Shown one piece after another: positions 34,793-43,385 of a stretch of DNA of 64,000 nucleotides. The translations under genes were made by a program, and so were the position numbers. The number at the start of each line of letters is the position of its first letter. Position 1 is the first letter of the stretch. Below the pieces are notes generated by a model that was given only the letters and a program-made list of their open reading frames with translations, did not search any database and was not told where the DNA came from. The stretch covers positions 9,252-73,251 of the forward strand of contig CALXPU010000005.1 in NCBI GenBank assembly GCA_944390455.1. Direction: 5' to 3'. Source of the DNA: an uncultured Alphaproteobacteria bacterium. GTDB taxonomy: Bacteria > Pseudomonadota > Alphaproteobacteria > RF32 > CAG-239.

Positions 34793-37240
34793 TTAGACTC
34801 CATTAAGATATTTGGTTACGAATCCATCTTCACCAAATTCTTTTACGAGACTTTCTACGAGTAATACATTTTTAATGCCGGAATTGTACAATTTCAGATA
34901 TGGACCTAATCCGCTTAAATTTACATCCAAAATCACAGATTCACCTTCTCCGTTCTCTCCTGCATCCGGTCTTTTTAATAATATTGCATAAGGACAATCC
35001 CTATAAGATTTACCACTTATAAAGTCATATTCACTGTCAGTTAAATTCCATTTTGCATATGATTCAGGAGTTGCTTGAGTATTTCGGAAGAAAATCATAG
35101 TCTTACATTGTCCTCTTACTGCATCTCCTACGCCTAGCGTATCTACAATATTGGGTTGTTGGAATGCACACAAATAAGCTTGGCGCTTTTTACGTCCTTC
35201 TTGCAAACCTTTAATAAAGTTATCTCTAAACATTTCATGCTTTAACATCGGCGCCGTTTCATCAATCATAATGAGGGCTGGCGCTCCTGTTTCCGTACTT
35301 TCTGATTGTATTCTATGCATGATGTAACTAATTGAAGCTGCCGCCAATACATCATCATCAAAGATCTCTGTAAAGTCAAAAGCTACAAATCTATTTGAGC
35401 TTAAATCCAAACTGTCATGTTCCGCATTGAATATATTTCCATATTGATCTGGATTAATCCATCTATACAACTCTCGACGCATTGTACCTGTTGGCGAAAA
35501 ACAGCTCTTGTATAAGTTCTTCAGTACACGCTCTTCTGGTCGCAAGTAATCAAATGCTGTTGTTACCGCGCGTGCTGCTTCTCTTTCTGAGAGTGCATCA
35601 TTAGCCATAGTAATAGCTTTCAGCCAGTTACGTAAGAAGGCTCTGTTACTCATTGTATCCCTTGAATCAAATGGGTTCAACGATACATTCTTTCTATCAC
35701 CACTAAATCCTACATATGCCCCTTGCACCATATGAGTGAATATTTCCGCACCACGGTGTCTATCAAAGAAGTACACTCTCAAATCCCCATGTCGCATAGC
35801 TTGGCCGGCTAAAAATGTCAGTAATGTCGTTTTACCTTGACCGGTCGGTCCTACGATGCAACAGTGCGCCACCGCTGATTCTGCAGCTGATATATGGAAT
35901 TGAAATCTATATGGGGAGCCGCTCATGGTTCTGAATACGGTAATAGCACCCTCACCCCAGTCACTTCGTGGCAAACCTGTTGACAATTGCTCAAATGAAA
36001 CTGCCAAAGCGACTATTCTTGATAAATAAAAATATGTTCGCCCACATGTATCATAGCCCGGAAACTGATTAAAGAATGTTGCTTGTGCTATCCAATTTTC
36101 TCTTACTGGGGTTACACTGAAAAGACGGCATATTCTTTGAACTTCACTTTCGCCGAATTCTATTTCTTTAAGAGAATCACCTTTTAATATAAAGCTCATG
36201 GAATATTCAACTAAAGACTGGTGGTCTGCATCGCTATCTTCAATAGCTGCCAAAGCTTCGCTATATTGCGCTACTACATCTGATGAAAAACTTGTTACTT
36301 CCGCCATTTTTTGTTGTTGAACTAAAATCATACGTGCTTTAGGCTTAAATAGCGGATGAATATGGTGAAGAACTGTTAACTCGCAGTCTATTGCCAATAA
36401 TGAAGATATCATTCCTTCATCCATGTAGTCTCCGGAGTTTCTTATCCCCATAGTTAAAGCAAATTTTTCTTTTCCTCCTGAAAAGAATTTTATTATCCCT
36501 TCCTCGCCGGTGAAGTGTATACCATCCGAACTCAGCATTTCTTTTAACTGAAAACCTTGTGCTCCTCTAACTTTAGGGAGAGGTTTACTTATCGGATTTA
36601 GAACTCTGACAAAAGGATACACAGGGCTCATTTCAGCAGAACTCTCATCATCTTCGTATAGAACTTTTATACCATAGTCATTAAGGTTAGCCATGACTGA
36701 TTGAGATGCGAAGTTTAAATCTTTAACAGCATCTTTTCTGTCTTCTATTGATAAGATAATATAGTGGTCATTCTTATAAACACGACTTAAATTTTCACGC
36801 CATGTATCATCTACTATTTTAAGCCATTTATTTCCGAAATCCGCCTTATTTTTTTCCATCGGGACACGGTCACGTATTGTTAAAACACGGCACGTTACTT
36901 GCAAGTCTGCCATATTATCAAGCCAAGATTTTCTCGCCTCAAACATTGACATAATTGTTTCTTCACGGGCTGACGTTAAATCAACACCCTCCACTTTGAA
37001 TACACGCACATATGTTCCATTGCTACATCTTAGGGTTGAACCATCTGATAGTAGACTATCAAACGGCAAAAAGTCCGCAACCCTTGATTCACTTGGCTGC
37101 GGTAAAACCCATGTTCCAATTTTTGAAACTAATGAAATAGCTATGGCTGCTGCAGATATAATACCTAAAGTAGCAACAATCGCGTCTGCACTTTGCAAAC
37201 CCGCCATAAATAATGTGTAAAAATCAAAATCAAGGTTCAA
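34793..37240 (-). CDS. virB4: T4SS ATPase VirB4
   Basis: 815 aa. The N-terminal membrane-associated region and the VirB4/CagE/TrbE family Walker A motif VGPTGQGKTTLL are present. It overlaps virB3 by 11 nt. Confidence 0.9.
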   Translation of the reverse strand: MNLDFDFYTLFMAGLQSADAIVATLGIISAAAIAISLVSKIGTWVLPQPSESRVADFLPFDSLLSDGSTLRCSNGTYVRVFKVEGVDLTSAREETIMSMFEARKSWLDNMADLQVTCRVLTIRDRVPMEKNKADFGNKWLKIVDDTWRENLSRVYKNDHYIILSIEDRKDAVKDLNFASQSVMANLNDYGIKVLYEDDESSAEMSPVYPFVRVLNPISKPLPKVRGAQGFQLKEMLSSDGIHFTGEEGIIKFFSGGKEKFALTMGIRNSGDYMDEGMISSLLAIDCELTVLHHIHPLFKPKARMILVQQQKMAEVTSFSSDVVAQYSEALAAIEDSDADHQSLVEYSMSFILKGDSLKEIEFGESEVQRICRLFSVTPVRENWIAQATFFNQFPGYDTCGRTYFYLSRIVALAVSFEQLSTGLPRSDWGEGAITVFRTMSGSPYRFQFHISAAESAVAHCCIVGPTGQGKTTLLTFLAGQAMRHGDLRVYFFDRHRGAEIFTHMVQGAYVGFSGDRKNVSLNPFDSRDTMSNRAFLRNWLKAITMANDALSEREAARAVTTAFDYLRPEERVLKNLYKSCFSPTGTMRRELYRWINPDQYGNIFNAEHDSLDLSSNRFVAFDFTEIFDDDVLAAASISYIMHRIQSESTETGAPALIMIDETAPMLKHEMFRDNFIKGLQEGRKKRQAYLCAFQQPNIVDTLGVGDAVRGQCKTMIFFRNTQATPESYAKWNLTDSEYDFISGKSYRDCPYAILLKRPDAGENGEGESVILDVNLSGLGPYLKLYNSGIKNVLLVESLVKEFGEDGFVTKYLNGV

Positions 37241-37520
37241 ATTTGTGCCCTTTCACTTTGTATAAATTCTGTGGCACCACATTTGTTTGCCCAAAGGCTT
37301 GTATCATTCCTGATAAGTGAGGATCTTTTGCTCCAAGCGCAACAACAATTAAATGCCCCAGTACAATACTTATAATAAATACAAGGGGGTTTACATCTCC
37401 CATTCCGATTGCCATGAACATAAAAGGTATTTGCAATCCAGCATTTAACGCTGTCGGCAATACCGGCCCCCAGAATAATTTGGGAGGATTAGCTACCGCT
37501 TTTAATATTATATCTTTCAT
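37230..37520 (-). CDS. virB3: T4SS protein VirB3
   Basis: 96 aa. The N-terminus has the VirB3 pattern (KAVANPPKLFWGPVLPTALNAGLQIPFMFMAI), with two predicted transmembrane helices. Located directly upstream of virB4. Confidence 0.75.
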   Translation of the reverse strand: MKDIILKAVANPPKLFWGPVLPTALNAGLQIPFMFMAIGMGDVNPLVFIISIVLGHLIVVALGAKDPHLSGMIQAFGQTNVVPQNLYKVKGHKFEP

Positions 37521-37598
37521 GGCTTAACCCCTCTGTTGTCATATATACATATTAAGCCTGAATATCTTAAAATTTATTAAATTTATATTTTTTTATTT

Positions 37599-37955
37599 CT
37601 AGCTGCCCAGGCTACTATGTGATACTGTATTCATATAAGTATCTTTGAATTCTGTTTGTAATTTTGCGTGACTTCCTGTGAAGTAGTCAATAATCGCACC
37701 AGTTGCAGAGAGCATAAACAAGCTGATAAAAATATATCCTAGGTGCTTAAAATTGATTTTTCCACTTATCGCTAAAAATGTAAACATAACGATACCAAAA
37801 CAAGATATTGCGTATGCAAATACACGCAACTGTGATGCGAAAGATATCGTTTTTTGCTTTAGCGACGCAAATACTCCTGCCGCCATTGCATCACCACTCA
37901 TTAATACAATTACAGCGATACACATTATGCAGAAAAACATACTTTTTTTCGTCAT
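37599..37955 (-). CDS. virB2: VirB2/TrbC-family pilin (paralog 3 of 3 in transcription order)
   Basis: 118 aa with a signal peptide (...DAMAAGVF) and two hydrophobic helices, the VirB2 architecture. There is an 11-nt gap to the preceding paralog. Confidence 0.6.
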   Translation of the reverse strand: MTKKSMFFCIMCIAVIVLMSGDAMAAGVFASLKQKTISFASQLRVFAYAISCFGIVMFTFLAISGKINFKHLGYIFISLFMLSATGAIIDYFTGSHAKLQTEFKDTYMNTVSHSSLGS

Positions 37956-37966
37956 CTCATCATCTC

Positions 37967-38290
37967 CTATGTTCCCAATGCGATATCTTCAGCGATTGAA
38001 GATGCTCCATCCGGCGCAAACATCGCAACAAACCCTGCGCATAAGCTAATTACAACCAGACCCAATATAATTGCGGTTAGCCACTTCCAGTTAATATTTC
38101 CGAAAAATCCGCCAATACATACTGCAATTATACCTACAGCTGAGGCTGGGTAAATAATTTCTCGTAATCCCGAGAAAATTTCTTGTCCTGACGAGATTAA
38201 AGAGCCAAAAGCACCGGCAGCATTTGCCGCTGAAGGTGCCAGCAAAATCAACATCAACAATGCGTAGAAAATTTTATTATCTCTTTGCAT
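37967..38290 (-). CDS. virB2: VirB2/TrbC-family pilin (paralog 2)
   Basis: 107 aa with a signal peptide (...SAANAAGAFGSL) and two transmembrane helices (IIAVCIGGFFG, ILGLVVISLCAGFVAMF). Confidence 0.65.
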   Translation of the reverse strand: MQRDNKIFYALLMLILLAPSAANAAGAFGSLISSGQEIFSGLREIIYPASAVGIIAVCIGGFFGNINWKWLTAIILGLVVISLCAGFVAMFAPDGASSIAEDIALGT

Positions 38291-38402
38291 CTCAAAATCT
38301 CCCCTATAATTATTTGTATTATATCACAAATTCATAAAAATATCTAGAAAAAAATGCGCAGCATCACTTACGATATCATGTTGTTTTTACTGTGTTTATT
38401 TG

Positions 38403-38428
38403 CTTGTAACAAAAACTTCACACTCTAG
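38403..38428 (-). promoter_or_regulatory. Conserved 23-bp motif (plus strand cttgtaacaaaaacttcacactc) upstream of virB2 paralog 2. It is a putative promoter or operator; the minus strand gives a -35-like TTGTTA, 17 nt, then TAAAAA.
   Basis: A near-identical copy sits at 39016..39038, upstream of virB2 paralog 1. This is a direct sequence comparison. Confidence 0.45.
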
Positions 38429-38502
38429 ATTTTTCTGTTTTTTCTTTTTTATTATCTCTCGTGTTTTTCTTACATGCTTTCGTTTATCAAAAATAATTTT
38501 TT

Positions 38503-38535
38503 AAATAAAAAAAAGGAGCGCTTTTCGCGCTCCCC
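38503..38535 (-). terminator. Rho-independent terminator downstream of the first virB2 paralog
   Basis: The minus strand reads GGAGCGC-GAAAA-GCGCTCC followed by a run of about 10 T. On the plus strand this is stem 38515..38521, loop 38522..38526, stem 38527..38533, preceded by A10 at 38505..38514. Confidence 0.75.
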
Positions 38536-38555
38536 TTTTCTTTATTTGTTGGTTA

Positions 38556-38906
38556 TTATACACCTGTACCAGAGTTAACAAATGTATCGCCTGTTTGACC
38601 AGAAGTAATGTTACCACCAGTAGCGTAGTTAACAATCGCACCTGCAGCAGCCAAAATAGCCAAACCTACAGCCAAACCAGCAAACCATGTCCATTTTACT
38701 TTTCCGAAAATAGCTTGGAACGCAATACCGATTAAACCGAACGCACCAACTACGAAAATAATGGTTTTAATATGTACGAACAATTGTAAAGCTTTGTCCA
38801 TACCTGTTTGCATAACACTGTCTTCTGCAAATGAAGCATTTGCAAAGAGCACTGTAAACACAAATGCTAAGGAGCAAAGTGTAAACATCTTTTTCAAGTT
38901 TTTCAT
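38556..38906 (-). CDS. virB2: VirB2/TrbC-family pilin (paralog 1, first in the operon). The start is taken at MKNLKKMF...; the ORF-track start at 38933 is 9 codons upstream.
   Basis: Signal peptide (...FANASFAEDS) plus two transmembrane helices (IIFVVGAFGLIGIAFQAIF, FAGLAVGLAILAAAGAIV). It is followed by a strong intrinsic terminator. Confidence 0.65.
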   Translation of the reverse strand: MKNLKKMFTLCSLAFVFTVLFANASFAEDSVMQTGMDKALQLFVHIKTIIFVVGAFGLIGIAFQAIFGKVKWTWFAGLAVGLAILAAAGAIVNYATGGNITSGQTGDTFVNSGTGV

Positions 38907-39012
38907 ATCAGTTCTCCTAAATTCATTATACATTAATTACTTTACAGCAAATTTAAAAAAATTTCAAGCCTTTTGACGGCCACCATCTTTGCGCTAACAT
39001 ATTGTTTTAATT

Positions 39013-39040
39013 ACTCTTTTATTCTTGTAACAAAAACTTC
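39013..39040 (-). promoter_or_regulatory. Second copy of the 23-bp virB2-upstream motif. It is the likely promoter or operator for the whole minus-strand vir operon, and possibly also serves the divergent gene at 39197.
   Basis: The sequence cttgtaacaaaaacttcacactc is identical to the copy at 38406..38428. The minus strand gives TTGTTA, 17 nt, then TTAAAA. It lies in the 263-bp intergenic region between divergent genes. Confidence 0.45.
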
Positions 39041-39196
39041 ACACTCCGTACATCTCCCTTTAAGCGTTTTTTATTTCTACTTAATGCGATTTTGTTGTTA
39101 TTAGTTTGTAAATATGCTTGCTAATGTTTTTATTTAATGTTTAAAATATGGTTAATTTCAGGTTTGGGCATTTATATTTAGGAAGCATCTTAATTT

Positions 39197-40588
39197 ATGT
39201 GGGAATTTAGGAATTTTGTTTTAGGTTTCAGCTTATCTCTGGTTAGTGTATCATTAACCAGTCATTTGTTAGCCTCTCCTTCTCACGTAGCAAACGCTTA
39301 TAACTATGATGCAAATCTCTCTATAGATTTGTACAAGAAAAATGACAGCATCACTCGCAAAATCGTTTTTTCTGATATTCATAAAGCTTCTTTATCTGTA
39401 CAAGAACCTATTAATACGGCTTCATTACCTTTAACCTCCCACACCTCTGAAGTTAAACTTGCGGACTTATCTCTTTCACAAGAGGTTTCTTCCACATCAG
39501 ATGTTGTATATTCCCCTGCAGATATTAACGGTTCTGAAGATGATGAGATTTTAAGTATCAATATTGACAATACTATTCCAATAGATATTGAAAATACTTC
39601 TGACGCAACATATAATGCCGAAGTATCTTACGGAGACGATACAGATAATAAAATAGCCTTACTTCCTACTGAAGTAACTACCGACGAATCAGAAACTTCA
39701 TTTGATTCTCCTTGGGTTGTTGCACAGGGAAGCAAGCATATCAAAAATAAAAAACTACTTGAAAAATACGCTCCAGAAGCTTCCGGAAAGCCCGTTTTAG
39801 ATGATTTGAAACAATTAGCCAAGAATGACGATGAAGTATCCTACAAAGTTGCCGAAAGAATTAAGCAAAGCATCATCTTTCCTATACCTGATGAAATTTT
39901 AAATGATGAGAATTTGACTCCAACTTTCATTTCTCCAAAGCTGACATCTTCTAATCCTAAAACAGCCTCAACAAAGAACAAAAAAGAGGACACCTCCGTT
40001 AAACCCTCTATAGAAAAGCCTTCCCTGAAAATAATTTCCAAAACAACTCCAGAGACCAAAACTGCGGCCAAAGAGCAAAAAGCCTCTAAAGGTATTTTAG
40101 ACAACATATCCTCCTGGTTCTCCCCTTCTACAGAGAAAGAAAAGGTTACATCTAAAACTGTAAAAAATAAAATCACACCATCATACAGCAGTCAAGAAGA
40201 GCAACGTACTCAGGATACATCGTCCACAATATCTTCAAACGATGCTTTGGTTAGTTTTTATGAAACAATACAAGAAACGCAAAAAGAGCAAGATGCAAAC
40301 AAAATTATTCCGTCTGAACTTAAACTATCGTTTCAACCAGATAGAGCCGAGATATCCGGACAAACTCTCCGCTGGTTAAAAGCCTTTTCTGAAAAGTCAA
40401 AAGAAAAGAACAATTATCTACAAATCAGACTAGACGCAACAGCACCGATAGAACTACAAAGAAAACGTTTGAATCTCCTTTACACCATTTTCATGAATAA
40501 CGGAGTTGATTTCAAAAAAGTTGACACAGTATTTTCATTAACTGAGCCAAACACATTTATTATAAGAACGATAAAAATACAGGAGTAA
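39197..40588 (+). CDS. Secreted S/T-rich protein of unknown function with a C-terminal globular domain. It may be pilus- or T4SS-associated.
   Basis: A 463-aa ORF with a signal peptide (LVSVSLTSHLLASPSHVANA), a long S/T/E/K-rich low-complexity middle section, and a C-terminal ~90-aa domain (LRWLKAFSEKSKEKNNYLQIRLDATAP...). It is transcribed divergently from the vir operon. Confidence 0.4.
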   Translation: MWEFRNFVLGFSLSLVSVSLTSHLLASPSHVANAYNYDANLSIDLYKKNDSITRKIVFSDIHKASLSVQEPINTASLPLTSHTSEVKLADLSLSQEVSSTSDVVYSPADINGSEDDEILSINIDNTIPIDIENTSDATYNAEVSYGDDTDNKIALLPTEVTTDESETSFDSPWVVAQGSKHIKNKKLLEKYAPEASGKPVLDDLKQLAKNDDEVSYKVAERIKQSIIFPIPDEILNDENLTPTFISPKLTSSNPKTASTKNKKEDTSVKPSIEKPSLKIISKTTPETKTAAKEQKASKGILDNISSWFSPSTEKEKVTSKTVKNKITPSYSSQEEQRTQDTSSTISSNDALVSFYETIQETQKEQDANKIIPSELKLSFQPDRAEISGQTLRWLKAFSEKSKEKNNYLQIRLDATAPIELQRKRLNLLYTIFMNNGVDFKKVDTVFSLTEPNTFIIRTIKIQE

Positions 40589-40678
40589 TGTTTATTTTGA
40601 AAATTAATCAACAAAACGTTTTATAAATAAAGTGTTACGCTTGATTAATTAAATTTTAATATTTATTGTAATGCTAGG

Positions 40679-41782
40679 TTGGATTTAACAATGGGTCGAA
40701 ATATGAAAAAAAGTTTTTTATTACCGTTTTGTTTATTATGTGCTTGTGGATTTTCTGCTTGTAGCAGTTTCTCCACAAAAAACGAAACAAGTGCTTATAT
40801 TCCAGAAGAAGAAGCACCTATCATTGATGCAACTGTAAATCCTAATAATCGTTGCGGAGTTAATGGCATCAGTTGTAATGACACTGCATTGGTTAACTAC
40901 ACAAAAACTGAAGCCGATTACAGAGCTTATGGCGAAAGAACTAAAAGAGATCATTTGTATACCCAATCTGCGGCAGGCAATAATTTAACTGCCACAATTC
41001 AACCAGATGTTGAAAATGATGTTGTGGTTGCTCAGCCATCTGTCACAGTAAGTGATACGGTAAGAAAAAATAGAACACCAAAATATGTTGTTGATGATGG
41101 TGTATTTAGCGAAACAGGTAAATTAGAGTTAGAGACGTCCCCAAAATCTTATGAAGCTCCAAATAACTATGGATTGGACAAGCAAGTTCCTCAAAAAACT
41201 CGTACAGCTCAACAGAAACCTACCGCAAAAGAGACACCTACAAAGATCGGCCATGCTGATAACATTAAGTTACCAGAAATCAAAGAAATCAGACAAATTA
41301 AAAAGAGTGTTGCCGAAGATGGTTCTTCTTACGAAATTGTTTGTGAGGAAGATTGTGACGATATAATAGATGACGATGTTATTACTTCAGAATTCACGGA
41401 AGAATCTTTTGATATTGCTGACTATGTTGATGATGAAAACATTGAATTTACAGAGGTTGGTAAAGCAAAACAAATTACCGATGTTGATATTAATGAGATT
41501 CAAGTTGGTGATGACACTATATTGACATGGGAAGCTGAAGAAGGAGAAAATTTGCGCGAATTGCTTACCAAATGGAGTGCGATGTCTGGTTGGAAGCTGT
41601 TATGGAATACTAACAGAAATTATATCTTAAATGCCGGTGTTATGTTTAAAGGTAAGTTTGCTGATGTTAGCTCTGCTTTGATTAGAGCTTTTGCTAGAGC
41701 AAGACCTGCACCTATTGCTACATATTACAAAGGGAATCGTGTTATAGTTGTTGAAACAATGGAGAATGAGAATGCATACTAA
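40679..41782 (+). CDS. PilL/TcpQ-like lipoprotein (type IVb pilus secretin-associated pilotin-like protein)
   Basis: Lipobox LLCACGFSAC. The C-terminal TcpQ-like pattern is LTWEAEEGENLRELLTKWSAMSGWKLLWNTNRNYILNAGVMFKGKFADVSSALIRAFARARPAPIATYYKGNRVIVV. Located directly upstream of the secretin gene. Confidence 0.5.
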   Translation: MDLTMGRNMKKSFLLPFCLLCACGFSACSSFSTKNETSAYIPEEEAPIIDATVNPNNRCGVNGISCNDTALVNYTKTEADYRAYGERTKRDHLYTQSAAGNNLTATIQPDVENDVVVAQPSVTVSDTVRKNRTPKYVVDDGVFSETGKLELETSPKSYEAPNNYGLDKQVPQKTRTAQQKPTAKETPTKIGHADNIKLPEIKEIRQIKKSVAEDGSSYEIVCEEDCDDIIDDDVITSEFTEESFDIADYVDDENIEFTEVGKAKQITDVDINEIQVGDDTILTWEAEEGENLRELLTKWSAMSGWKLLWNTNRNYILNAGVMFKGKFADVSSALIRAFARARPAPIATYYKGNRVIVVETMENENAY

Positions 41783-43376
41783 TAAGAAACATTTACTTGG
41801 ATTTGCAGCGTTTTTACTTTTAGGTGTTGCATCTTGTTCGTTGCCTACCGATTATGATGCGGCATTAGAGAGAGATGTTGAAGCAACCATTAAGCATAAG
41901 GAAGATGCTAAAGCTCCTCAAACAGTTGCAGATACAGATGTTATCAGAATTAAAGATGATATTTGGTTAGGTGACACCAGTGAGATTGAATATGAAGGAG
42001 ATAAACCCTTACCGCACTATTTAGAAACTTCTGATGGCGTTACTTTGGTAAGTAATAGACCTATTACACTTTATGAAATTGGCAACATGGTTAGCCAAAT
42101 AACTTCTATTAAAGTTCGTTTTGCACCACAATTGGAAGGTGCTGCAAAGGCAGCGGCTGATAAGAATGCTCCAACCATTTCAAAAGTGGGATCTAAATGG
42201 TCTGATACATCCCGTATGCTTGTTTCTTACAAGGGGTCATTGAGCGGTTTATTAGATGAGGTATGTTCACATTTTGGTGTGTGGTGGAAATATGAAAATG
42301 GAGAAATCTATATTTACAAATACACTACAAAAACATTTACGTTGTATACATTACCAACGAAGCCATCTATGACATCTAGCGTAAGTAGTTCTTCTGGTGG
42401 CGGTACCATTACGAGCGGTGTATCCGGTATTGATTTGTGGGGCAATATTGTTACGGCTGTAAAATCCATGCTGGGAACAGGATCCAGTCTCGTAACAGAC
42501 CCGATGAACGGCACATTGACAATTACGGCAACGCCTACAGAAATAAAAAAAGTTGCTAAATTTGTTAATGAACAAAACATTAGATTGTCACGTCAAGTAG
42601 CTATTAGTGTTAAAGTGCTTCAGGTTGAAGTTGACGAATCTCGTGGTTTTGGTTTTGATTTAAATGCAGCATTTAAAGATAGAACAGCTTCTGGCGGAAA
42701 TATCACTTTAGGTGACAATAACTTTGGTCCTACAGGTCTTATTGATGGTAACAGTGGCATGTCCATGAAAATTTTGAGTGGTGATGTTACAGTTAATGCT
42801 GCAATTCAAGCTTTATCTACTCAAGGTGTTACAACATTGGTTACCAGTGGTACTGTTACAACAATGAATAATAAGCCGGCACCTATCCAAGTAGTTAAGA
42901 CACAGAACTACATTTCAGAATATACGAAAACGAACAATGGTACCGTAGGCGGTGAAGCAAGCTACGATGTTACTGTTGAAACAGAAGAGATTGAGACAGG
43001 CTTTACTTTAGACGTTTTACCAAGGATTATGGATCATGGTCGTTTGATGATGTTATTCAGCCTTAACCTTTCTGATTTACTTGACTTGGAAAATGTAAAC
43101 TTAGATAGTTCGGAAGAATCTGGTTATATTCAGAACCCGATTATAGAGGAAAGAGGTTTCTCTCAAGAAGTTGCATTAAAATCAGGTGAGACTTTAGTTC
43201 TTTCTGGTTATGAACGTGTTGAGACAACTAGTGATAAAGCCGGTTTAGGTGCTGTTAACAATAATATTCTGGGTGGTCACCAAAAAGTTGATAAAACTCG
43301 TAGCATTGTTGTTATTTTGTTAACCCCTGTTGTATTAGAATCACCTTTGATGCCAGAATCTCGTATGAAATTTTAG
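41748..43376 (+). CDS. Type IVb pilus secretin lipoprotein (PilN/TcpC/BfpB-like)
   Basis: Lipoprotein signal (LLLGVASCS). The C-terminal secretin domain reads GETLVLSGYERVETTSDKAGLGAVNNNILGGHQKVDKTRSIVVILLTPVVLES. Confidence 0.65.
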   Translation: MLKQWRMRMHTNKKHLLGFAAFLLLGVASCSLPTDYDAALERDVEATIKHKEDAKAPQTVADTDVIRIKDDIWLGDTSEIEYEGDKPLPHYLETSDGVTLVSNRPITLYEIGNMVSQITSIKVRFAPQLEGAAKAAADKNAPTISKVGSKWSDTSRMLVSYKGSLSGLLDEVCSHFGVWWKYENGEIYIYKYTTKTFTLYTLPTKPSMTSSVSSSSGGGTITSGVSGIDLWGNIVTAVKSMLGTGSSLVTDPMNGTLTITATPTEIKKVAKFVNEQNIRLSRQVAISVKVLQVEVDESRGFGFDLNAAFKDRTASGGNITLGDNNFGPTGLIDGNSGMSMKILSGDVTVNAAIQALSTQGVTTLVTSGTVTTMNNKPAPIQVVKTQNYISEYTKTNNGTVGGEASYDVTVETEEIETGFTLDVLPRIMDHGRLMMLFSLNLSDLLDLENVNLDSSEESGYIQNPIIEERGFSQEVALKSGETLVLSGYERVETTSDKAGLGAVNNNILGGHQKVDKTRSIVVILLTPVVLESPLMPESRMKF

Positions 43377-43385
43377 GAGTTTGCA

